A stretch of DNA of 25,812 nt from Deltaproteobacteria bacterium (GTDB taxonomy: Bacteria; Myxococcota_A; UBA9160; SMWR01), in the NCBI GenBank assembly GCA_032128375.1, contig JAQBGU010000166.1, forward strand, positions 1 to 25,812. The letters run 5' to 3'. Numbering within the stretch: the first letter of the stretch is position 1; every line of letters begins with the position of its first letter. The position numbers were made by a program, and so were the translations under genes. Shown piece after piece: positions 9,361-17,596 of the stretch. Below the pieces are notes generated by a model. That model had not been told where the DNA came from and did not search any database. It worked only from the letters and a program-made list of their open reading frames with translations.

Positions 9361-10548
9361 ATGGCTGTTCGCAAAATCTCCCCCCAACTTCCTCGATGTG
9401 ACAGGCTCGGCCCTTCCACCCACGCGATTTCCACGTTGTGTGCGGTTGCGGCGTTCACAATCGTCGCGGTGCTCGCCGCCTGTGGTGGGGAGACTCCTCC
9501 GTCTGGCGCGATTGTCGGGTCTACGGCGACCCAGCGTGCCCATCACAGCCCCGCTCGATCATTGCCGGCTCGCGAGGATCTGGCTTACCGACTGATTCTG
9601 ATCGGAGATGCCGGCGACCCTGCGCCGTCCGAAAATACCCTGATTTCTCTCCGAGGCTGGGGAGATGCGGCCCCCGAGCGAACGACCGTTCTGTTCCTGG
9701 GTGACAACCTGTACCCGGCCGGTCTCGACACGCATGACCTTGCGCGCGGCAAAGAGATCCTGCGACGTCAGGTCGAGGCCACAACGGCGCCCAAGATTTT
9801 CCTCGCGGGCAACCACGACTGGGGCTCACCGCGTAGCGTGTCCACGGTCGCGCGAGAGGAGGCATTCCTCGAGACGTTCGGTGCGACCACCGACTTTCTT
9901 CCGAAGCACGGATGTCCCGGCCCCGTCGCCCGGACCCTGCTCCCAGCCGGAGAACTCACGAAGCCGGTCACCGTCATTTTCCTCGACCTGCAGTGGTGGC
10001 ACCTCGATCCGGACCAACGGCCGATCTGTGGAGCGATCGAGACCGAGGCCCAGATGCTCGCCGCGCTCGCGCTGGAGCTCGAGATGCGTCGCGACGAGTG
10101 GGTGATCGTCGCGAGCCATCGTCCTCTCCTGACCGGTGGCCCCCACGGCGCCAGGCGACACGAGCCCGCCGGGGATTCGCTCGCGTCGTGGTTCCGCAGA
10201 CTGTGGTGGTTGACGGATGCCTGGGACGTCGACGCGCTCGAACGGGTCGGCAGCGCCATGGCCACGGCACCGCCGCTGGCTGCAGTGGGGGGCCACGATC
10301 ACAGCTTGCAGGTGATCGAAGGACAGGCTTACGCGCAGTTCGTGATCGTGAGTGGGGCCGGCGCAAACAGCAAGATCAACGCGGTGGAGGAGATCGAGGG
10401 AATGCACTTCGGCCACGCGAAAACCGGCTTCGTCGTCATCGATTTTCGGCGCTCGCCAGCAGGCGATCTCGTGACGCTGCTAGTCGTGGAGACCGGTCGC
10501 GAGGCTCCGGTCTTCGCGATGGATCTTGCGAGTCCACTGGAGCCGTAG
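9361..10548 (+). CDS. Calcineurin-like metallophosphoesterase, probable lipoprotein
   Basis: Metal-binding motifs IGDAG, GDNLY, GNHDW, SHRP, GHDH; LAAC lipobox after a hydrophobic stretch. Confidence 0.85.
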   Translation: MAVRKISPQLPRCDRLGPSTHAISTLCAVAAFTIVAVLAACGGETPPSGAIVGSTATQRAHHSPARSLPAREDLAYRLILIGDAGDPAPSENTLISLRGWGDAAPERTTVLFLGDNLYPAGLDTHDLARGKEILRRQVEATTAPKIFLAGNHDWGSPRSVSTVAREEAFLETFGATTDFLPKHGCPGPVARTLLPAGELTKPVTVIFLDLQWWHLDPDQRPICGAIETEAQMLAALALELEMRRDEWVIVASHRPLLTGGPHGARRHEPAGDSLASWFRRLWWLTDAWDVDALERVGSAMATAPPLAAVGGHDHSLQVIEGQAYAQFVIVSGAGANSKINAVEEIEGMHFGHAKTGFVVIDFRRSPAGDLVTLLVVETGREAPVFAMDLASPLEP

Positions 10549-10719
10549 TAGCGGAACCTCGTGCGTGTCAATTGCCAAACAGCATCGTTCCACGCCCGCT
10601 AGTGGCACATCCGGAAAGTTCTGGTACATGCTGACAAAGGGATCACCGTCGCGTTGTCCGACGGAGAAGAGCGTTCTGTCGGCTTCAATCATGGGTACCG
10701 AAACTTGGCGGGTGTTGCA

Positions 10720-12559
10720 CTAGTCCGCGTAACGCTGCTTCATGTAGGCGAACATGCCCTCGCGCGCCTTCGGACTACTTTGCGCGAGATCGAGCAGCCG
10801 CTGCCGCGAGATCGCAAACGTATTCATGTGCGTCGTCGAACGCCCGTCGCGGAGCGGGCGTGCCCCTCGAGCGGGCCGCGCTCGCCGACGATGTCTTGGC
10901 CTCGACGTGGCGAGCGAATTCGCCTGCGATCGTCACGTCTGCCTCGCCCTCCTCGATCACATAGCACTCGAGCGATTCGGCTCCCTCTTCGCAGAGCAGA
11001 TCACCGGCTTCGAAGGTCATGGGATAAGCGGTCGCAGCCAACGCACTGATCTGCTGCGCGCTGCAGTGCTGGAACAGACCCGCGCGCGCCAGCAGCACGA
11101 TGCTGGACGCCAGCTCCGGGCCGGTGCTCACCAGATTCGAGTGTGCACCAATCGGGGCGCTCTCGACCTGGGTTCGCAGATCGTTGCGCCAGGCGCGGTC
11201 TCCAGCACTGCCCGGCGCGGGGCGCACCGCCGCCGCCGTCACGGAGGTCGCTGCGTCACAAGTCGGAGCCGGCGAGACCAGCGGCACTGTGGCGGGCTTG
11301 CCCGGAACGCTCAGGTCCCGACCGATCGCCGCGGGCTTCACCACCAGGGGCAGCGTCTGGAGCCCTCGCAGCGTCAGCCGGTCGCGAAACGGCGGCGGCT
11401 CGCCGTCGAAGTCAATGGCGTCGAAGCGCTCGAGCAGCGTCCGAAACGCAATCTCGATCTCCGCATGTGCGAGCGAGGCGCCCAGGCAGAAGTGCTCCCC
11501 GCCGCCGAAGCTCATGGACCTGAACCGATCGCGTGTCACGTCGATCTCGTCTGGCCTGTCGAACTCGGCCGGATCGTGGTTGGCGGCGCCGAGCATGCCG
11601 AAGACCGTTTGATTCTTCGGAATCTTGATGCCTCCCACCTCGACCTCGTCCTGGGTATCGCGAACGACCAGCTGCGCCGTACCGTCAAAGCGGAGCAGCT
11701 CATCGGGTGGCAGCGGAAGCAACTCGGGCCGATCGCGCAGCCGCTGGATCTGGTCGGGCTGCTTCAAGAGACCGAACAGGCCATTGCCCACCAGATTCGT
11801 GGTGGTCTCGAACCCGGCCGCGAAGATCAACAGCGCCATAGCGGACAGTTCATCGTCCGATAGTCGATCTCGTTTGTCCTCCGCGTTCACGAGCCGACTC
11901 AACAGCGCATCATCGGGCCTCTTGCGCTTTTCCGCGATCAGGTCCGCGAAGTAGGCGCGAATGTTGTCGTTGGCGACGTCCGCGCGGCGCAAGTCCTCGG
12001 GATCGACGCGCATCTCGAAGGTAGCCACCAAGTCGACGACCCAACTGCGAAACGGCTCGCGGTCCTGTGCGGGGACGCCAAGCAGCTCGCCGATGATCGT
12101 GACCGGCATCGGAAAGGCCACCTCGGCCATCAGGTCGCCGCCGCCCTTCTCCGCAAAGGGATCGATCAAGTCGTTCATGATGCGCTGGATGTTCGGCCGC
12201 AACCCGTCCATCGCACGGCGCGTGAAGGACTTGATCACCAGACTTCGCAGCCGGGAGTGCGCCGCGCCCGTGCGGTTGAGCATCGAGTCCTCGCCGCGCG
12301 CAAGCGAAGAATGATCGCGCCAATCGGAGCCGAACTTGATCTCCATCTGGCGCGGATCGTCCTTGCGCAAACGCGGGTCGCGGACGATGGCGGCGACATC
12401 GGCGTAGCGTGATACGAACCACGACTCGAGGGCCGGGCTGTAGTGAACCGGCGCCGTCTGGCGGAGTTCGTGGTAGAGCGGATAGGGGTCGCTGCGACCT
12501 TCGGGCGTCAAGAAGAGCTTGTCGACGATCTTCTCGGCGTGGCTCGCCAGTTGATTCAC
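10720..12559 (-). CDS. Cytochrome P450 fused to a C-terminal cyclic-nucleotide-binding (cNMP) domain, with two apparent 1-bp frameshifts near the 3' end
   Basis: GTG at 12559 follows GGGGAG. DPYPLY, I-helix AGFETT, ExxR (ELLR), heme loop FGGGEHFCLG. cNMP domain LFQHCS...FEAGDLLCEEG...CYVIEEGEADV continues in shifted frames as DIVGERGPLEGHARSAT, then RSTTHMNTFAISRQRLLDL...YAD* (stop at 10720-10722). Confidence 0.85.
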
Positions 12560-12742
12560 GGTCGCTCCCCCTAGGGATGTACGCCTGCTTCCCGGTGCCG
12601 GAACTAGCGTCGTCGACCGATTCTGTTGGCGGTCGATCCATTGGGCCATCGACCATCGAATGACCTGCACGACCCAATGCGGTCTGTCCGAAAGTTCGGA
12701 AAGTGCAATTTCGAATGGGAAGTCGCCGTACCTCACACTTGT

Positions 12743-14161
12743 TCACGCGTGGGCCAGCACCTCGAGTGCGGCGTTGGCTGCAGCTTCGTCGCAGACGATC
12801 GTGTCTGCGCAGCCGGCGCGCGAAGCCACGACAATGGGTCGCCCCTTTGCGCTTCCCGAGGTGAGCAGCAGCGCCAGACGATCATCGCTCCCCACGAGGC
12901 GACGGATGTCGGGCAGACTGATGCCGACGAATTCACGGTCGTCTGGAAGCCGAATGGGCGCACCGTTTTCATCCAGCAGGTTGAGGCAAACATCGGTGGC
13001 CGGCTTGGCGTGTGCGTCGATCCGCACACGGCGCAGGACACACTCGAGCCATCCATCGCTCTCGAGATCGCCGCATCCGAAGATCGCGACGTCGAGATCC
13101 CGGTAGTGTCGACGCACCTCTGTGAACTCGTTGTCGCCGCGTCCCGCGACCCGTTCGTCGACGATGTAGGCGAACGATTGGAGAGTCAGCCCGTCTACTC
13201 GGCGCGCGCCCAACAGAGCACGAGCCTGTGCGACCATCTGCCCGACCACGGCGTCGGCCATCGGGAGTTGATGATTCCAGAAGGGCTCGAGCGTGAGCGG
13301 CACGAACGTGATCTGCTTGTCGCCCGAATCGTCGGGGAACGGCGAACTCTCGGCGCCGGTGCTGCGCACGAACGTCGAGCAGTGCATGCCGCCCGCGAGT
13401 CCGATGCTGTACACGGTAGGATGGTCGAGCAGATGCTGCGCGACGATCTCATGCGCAACGCGAGCGACGAGGAAGGGCATGACGGGATCGGGCGCCAGGG
13501 TCGGGTGCGACACATTCTTGATTACACGCACGCGAATGCGATGCGTGGAGCTGTAGGCGGCCAATGACTTCGCGTCGGCCTCGAGTGCGCGCGCGAGGGC
13601 GTTTGCGAGATCCGTATCCTCGGGCGTGGCTCGCCCGGATTCCGGCGGCGTTTCGAAGCGCGCCAGGCCCATGTCGAGGCCCGCCTGCACCATGTCGCGA
13701 AGGGACGCCGCATCGAACGCCAACGGACGCCGTTCGCGCGCCGCATACACCACCTCGATCGCGTCGCGGATCTGGTGCTGGCTCTCGCCGGCCAACGCCC
13801 GCGCGACCGCGATGCGACACGCCGTGGCTCGCGTCCCGTTCGGGACGCCGGAAAGCCGCCACGTCATGCCGTTGCGTTCGAATGGGAAAATCTGCGGTCT
13901 GCGGTCCACTACCTCTTCGAGCGAGAGGTGGAGCGCGTTCGTCAATCGAACGACCTCGGTGAGCGATGGCGACTTCGCCGCGTGAGGTGCGCGCAAAGCA
14001 CCGACCCGTTGCCCGGGAATGCCGTGGCCCGTGATCTTCGCCGTGTTCAGCCGCGACATCTCCCTTACACCATTGCCATTCGAATAAAGTGTCCCGTTGT
14101 CGAGGGCCGCCTGATCGAGAGCCTCGACGATCGTCGCGTCGTCATTTGTATTCGTGCCCAT
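12743..14161 (-). CDS. SorC/DeoR-type sugar-binding domain regulator with an extended N-terminus
   Basis: ATG at 14161 follows AGGAG. C-terminal SIGLAGG, DLDVAIFGCG, DVCLNLLDENG, KGRPIV...ADTIVCDEAAANAAL are typical of the SorC sugar-binding fold. Confidence 0.7.
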   Translation of the reverse strand: MGTNTNDDATIVEALDQAALDNGTLYSNGNGVREMSRLNTAKITGHGIPGQRVGALRAPHAAKSPSLTEVVRLTNALHLSLEEVVDRRPQIFPFERNGMTWRLSGVPNGTRATACRIAVARALAGESQHQIRDAIEVVYAARERRPLAFDAASLRDMVQAGLDMGLARFETPPESGRATPEDTDLANALARALEADAKSLAAYSSTHRIRVRVIKNVSHPTLAPDPVMPFLVARVAHEIVAQHLLDHPTVYSIGLAGGMHCSTFVRSTGAESSPFPDDSGDKQITFVPLTLEPFWNHQLPMADAVVGQMVAQARALLGARRVDGLTLQSFAYIVDERVAGRGDNEFTEVRRHYRDLDVAIFGCGDLESDGWLECVLRRVRIDAHAKPATDVCLNLLDENGAPIRLPDDREFVGISLPDIRRLVGSDDRLALLLTSGSAKGRPIVVASRAGCADTIVCDEAAANAALEVLAHA

Positions 14162-14575
14162 TTGTTCTCCTGTGGTACGGCGTGTCCACCCAGCATTGTG
14201 CGCTCTCGATCGACTGTTTTCGGGTCGCCTCCCAGAAAAAGTCGAATCGGGTGAAGATTTCGTCACCGAGCCGACGCGCGGAGCCCATTTGTGCCGACGA
14301 CGAAATCGCGGCGCCCGAATTTCGAGAAGGGCGGCGTGGTTACACAGGTGCACGGCAGGAGTGCCGATCGCACACAGCGAACTGTGCAGTGGACGGGGTA
14401 GCAGAGGTTGGATTTCGACATGCGAAACGCATGCGTGTGCGGGGTGGGCCATATTTGGGCCGATTCGATGAACGTTTACCCCCCGACGTTCCCACCACCT
14501 GCTTCGAGCATCAAGAGCGTACGCGCAGCGCCAACCATCCACCGACGGAGTCAACGATAACATGACCACGACCTT

Positions 14576-14615
14576 CAGCGACGGCCCCAGCGACGACACC
14601 AGCGATGACACCAGG
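14576..14615 (+). repeat. 12-bp imperfect tandem repeat, about 3 copies (CAGCGAYGRCMC)
   Basis: cagcgacggccc cagcgacgacac cagcgatgacac cagg in the intergenic region. Confidence 0.5.
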
Positions 14616-14904
14616 ATCTCAGATGGCCGTGTGACCGGCGCCCACGACACACCCTCTGCGAAGCTCGAGAGCCGCTGCGCAACCGTGCGTCGCCGTTCCA
14701 ACATCCAACGGGCCGGGGACGCCGTCGCAGCGGCGAAGCTGCTCGCCACGCGATGTTCGCGCTGGCGTCCATGATGGCAACTCCTGATATTTCGAAGTAC
14801 CGGCCAGTTTGTCGCCAATGATTCGCTTACCCCGAAAGCTGTCAAATCTGCCGGCCGTCGAGTCTCGTCGGGGGCGGCCGAATTCTCACAGGGTGTGCGG
14901 ATCG

Positions 14905-15936
14905 TCAGCGATCATCGAGAAGGATCTGAGCGGCCTCCATGTCCATCACTACGTGCGACCAGAGCCTGAGCGTCTTCTCCCGAAAGAGCGGCTGCATTGC
15001 GTCTCCCTTCGGTCGCCCGCAGCGGTTGCAGGGTGCTCCGATCAACACGACGTGCTTGTTGGGCTTTGCTGCGAGCTGCACGAGATCATCGAGTTCGAAG
15101 ATCGAAACGGCTCGCTCGCCGCGCTCGATCGTGATGGGCTCGGTGGAGTTGTACGGGCGATACAGGACGTCGCCGACCCAGCCTCGCTTCTTGAGTGTGC
15201 CCACGACCTGATCTGCCTGCCCCACCTTCAGGAAGTGGGTCAGCTCACCGTCAGGGTCCTGCGCACTCGCCAGCGAGGTAATGACGATGTCGATGTCGCG
15301 AGACCTGTTGAAGGATTCCATGACGCCAGGGTCCTTCATGACCTCCTTGTATTGTCCCTGTTTGACGACTGCCTGCGCGAAGAGACCGACGAACTCGATG
15401 TCTGCCGACAGCTGATCGAAGAACCCGAAGAACATCACGGGCGCGGTTTGCGGCCTGTTGACGTCGAAGCCCGAAGTCAGCGCGTGCAGGCCGAGCTTGG
15501 GAAGAGAGGCCTCGAGGGACAAGAGATCGGCAAGCTCGCGCGCGACCCGCATCACGCTCGTGCCGCCTCCCAGCCCGATCCGCACGCGTTCCCGAGTCGC
15601 ACTGACTTCGCGAATCAATCGCAGCATGACCTTCGCTGTCTCATGGGCGACATAGTCGAGCCCGTCCATTCCGCGTGTACGCAGAACTGTGACACGATCT
15701 TCTTCAACGTCGAAGACGTCGATGATTCTCTGCTGCAGCGTGTAATTCGCCGGCGGATGCACGTCGAAATAGCCGCGCTTTCTCGCCTCGCGAAGCAACG
15801 GATAGACGTTCTCTCGCTTGATCGGTTCAGGAGCCCCCTCGTTGAAACGCTCCAAAATTTCGTGCAGGGGAACTTCGTCTAGAAAATCTTGGCACACAGA
15901 AAGGAGTTGATAGTCGTCGATGTCGCGGTAGCGCAT
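14905..15936 (-). CDS. SorC family sugar-binding transcriptional regulator
   Basis: ATG at 15936 follows GAGAGGA. HTH-like IKRENVYPLLREARKRGYF; RIGLGGGTSV; DIDIVITSLAS; GWVGDVLY; HVVMDMEAAQILL. Confidence 0.8.
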   Translation of the reverse strand: MRYRDIDDYQLLSVCQDFLDEVPLHEILERFNEGAPEPIKRENVYPLLREARKRGYFDVHPPANYTLQQRIIDVFDVEEDRVTVLRTRGMDGLDYVAHETAKVMLRLIREVSATRERVRIGLGGGTSVMRVARELADLLSLEASLPKLGLHALTSGFDVNRPQTAPVMFFGFFDQLSADIEFVGLFAQAVVKQGQYKEVMKDPGVMESFNRSRDIDIVITSLASAQDPDGELTHFLKVGQADQVVGTLKKRGWVGDVLYRPYNSTEPITIERGERAVSIFELDDLVQLAAKPNKHVVLIGAPCNRCGRPKGDAMQPLFREKTLRLWSHVVMDMEAAQILLDDR

Positions 15937-15939
15937 GCT

Positions 15940-16200
15940 GTGCGTCCTCTCTTGATCGGTGGATATCCGATACTCACAGTTATACTCATATTCACAAGTT
16001 TTATAACAGTTATGACAAAGAATGGAGAATCGTGAAAAAATGTCACGAGTAGGATAATTGTATCCTAACTGTGTGAAATAACTATATTTAGCTGTCCGAA
16101 AAAAAACGCTGGACTGCGCTGGAAATGGCTCATAGGGTAGGATCATGAATGATATTCACAATTTCTTTCGAATGCTGAATTCGATGGTAGGAGGGCGGCA
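15940..16200. promoter_or_regulatory. AT-rich divergent promoter region with ACAGTTA repeats and a TAGGATA-N4-TATCCTA palindrome
   Basis: Much more AT-rich than the flanks. ACAGTTAT at 15976-15983 and 16006-16013; inverted copy TAACTGT at 16066-16072; palindrome at 16050-16067. Confidence 0.6.
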
Positions 16201-16303
16201 CCAGCTCCGGCATCGACAGCTGATTACAGAGGGTACGAGCCACGACGCGAAGCCATAGAGCCACAGATTCGAGCCGAAGTCAGTGCCCCGGGGGAGAGTA
16301 GAC

Positions 16304-16843
16304 ATGACCGAACAACAAGCGGATCAACTCATCATCGGAATCGCCGCCACTCGGATAGCAGGGGGCGGTGGCCCTGATCGCGCGGCCATCGCGCTGGACA
16401 GGGGTACCGAGCAGCCGATTCGCATGGACGACATCCTGTACGCGTTCACCAGGGGTGGCGTTGCTGGCAAATCGCCACTGATCCTCGCTCCCTGGGGGAC
16501 CCGGATCTCGCTTGCGCCGGCGACTGTCTACATTCGCACCGAAGACGCGCTGTATCGGGTAGGCCACGAGTCGTTGAGAGCCTTCAAGGAGCTGCTCCCC
16601 GATTCATTTCAACAGGCTAGTCGGAGCGTACTCGCCAACCTCGTGCGCACGCACCTGCTGGAGCTGCAAGGCAGCGCCAATCGGGTCCACACGCTTACGT
16701 ATGCCGTCGTGACGAACGAGCTGTCCTGGGGCTTGGAACAGATCAAGATCGGCAGAGAATTTCTCTTCGGCGTCCGCGAACGGTTCGGTTACCGACGGGG
16801 CGTTTTAGAACGAACGTTCGACAGTGGTGTTCTACCGCCCTAG
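16304..16843 (+). CDS. Stand-alone LytTR-like DNA-binding domain protein
   Basis: ATG follows GGGGAG. VYIRTEDALY...ESLRAFKELLPDSFQQASRSVLANL...IKIGREFLFGVRERFG fits the LytTR pattern SL..LE..LP..F.R.HRS.IVNL...IPVSR.Y. No receiver domain. Confidence 0.65.
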   Translation: MTEQQADQLIIGIAATRIAGGGGPDRAAIALDRGTEQPIRMDDILYAFTRGGVAGKSPLILAPWGTRISLAPATVYIRTEDALYRVGHESLRAFKELLPDSFQQASRSVLANLVRTHLLELQGSANRVHTLTYAVVTNELSWGLEQIKIGREFLFGVRERFGYRRGVLERTFDSGVLPP

Positions 16844-16957
16844 CCGACCGCTGACCCGGTCGAGGCCAAGAGGTTATCCGAGTAGGTGCTATCCGAAACA
16901 TGTCGGAGGCTCCCGGCGCAGCGTCTCGAGCCGCCGAATCGGACGAGGCAGCCATTG

Positions 16958-17596
16958 ATGGCACACCTATTCGTAGACATCCGGGGTCCCGAGCCGCAGC
17001 GAGCCAGTGTAGGTGTCGTTGAGCCGCGTCCGATGTTGGAACAACCGACCTGGGCGGTCGCGATGCTTGCGGGAAGCATCTACTCGCTTCGGGGAAGCGC
17101 TCATGAGACGCTGCGGCCCGATCGGGTGGAGCCCGAACCGGACCGAGTCGATGCGAATAGCGAGCGCCCCAAGGCGAGCGCTCCGGTGTTGCTGCAGAGC
17201 GTTGATGCGGACGGCGTCGAGCATTGGATTGTCGTCGACAGGCCGGGAAGCCGGCTGCGAATCAACGGCTTGCCGTTGATGACCGGCGCGCGCGTGCTCC
17301 GACACCGCGACGAGCTTCGACTGGCCGGGGTGGCAGGTCGCGCCTGGTTCTCGGTCGAGCGTCAGTGCGCCGTCGCGGCTTTCGACGGCCCCCGGGGCTC
17401 GTTCTGTCCGCGTTGCAAGGGGGAGATCGAGTCGGCGTCGCTGTCGGTGCGCTGTCCCCAATGCCGCGTCGCCTACCACGAGTCGGCGGAGTTTCCGTGC
17501 TGGACGTACGCACCGACTTGCGCGCTCGACGCTCAGCCAACGGACCTCGACGCCAGTTTTCGCTGGACGCCCGCGGAGTTCGAACGTGATGGCTGA
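16958..17596 (+). CDS. FHA-like domain plus prokaryotic RING finger (putative E3 ligase/adaptor)
   Basis: LRINGLPLMTGARVLRHRDELRL is an FHA-type C-terminal pattern. CPRC...CPQCRVAYH...CW...C matches the prokaryotic RING family 1 pattern. ATG follows GAGG. Confidence 0.7.
   Translation: MAHLFVDIRGPEPQRASVGVVEPRPMLEQPTWAVAMLAGSIYSLRGSAHETLRPDRVEPEPDRVDANSERPKASAPVLLQSVDADGVEHWIVVDRPGSRLRINGLPLMTGARVLRHRDELRLAGVAGRAWFSVERQCAVAAFDGPRGSFCPRCKGEIESASLSVRCPQCRVAYHESAEFPCWTYAPTCALDAQPTDLDASFRWTPAEFERDG

Noticed and set aside
10480..10692. 70-aa minus-strand ORF after the P450
   Set aside because: Overlaps the phosphoesterase 3' end; no recognisable motif or clear SD.
12560..12736. N-terminal extension of the P450 in the ORF track
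   Set aside because: A better start with an SD lies at GTG 12559, just before the P450-like sequence begins.
14162..14845. N-terminal 228 aa of the 700-aa ORF
   Set aside because: Not protein-like; strong SD and ATG at 14161. Treated as intergenic, though an unrecognised small gene or RNA cannot be excluded.
14809..15882. 357-aa + strand ORF
   Set aside because: Antisense shadow of the SorC regulator.
15937..16146. N-terminal extension of the second SorC gene
   Set aside because: Runs through the AT-rich promoter region; the SD-supported start is at 15936.
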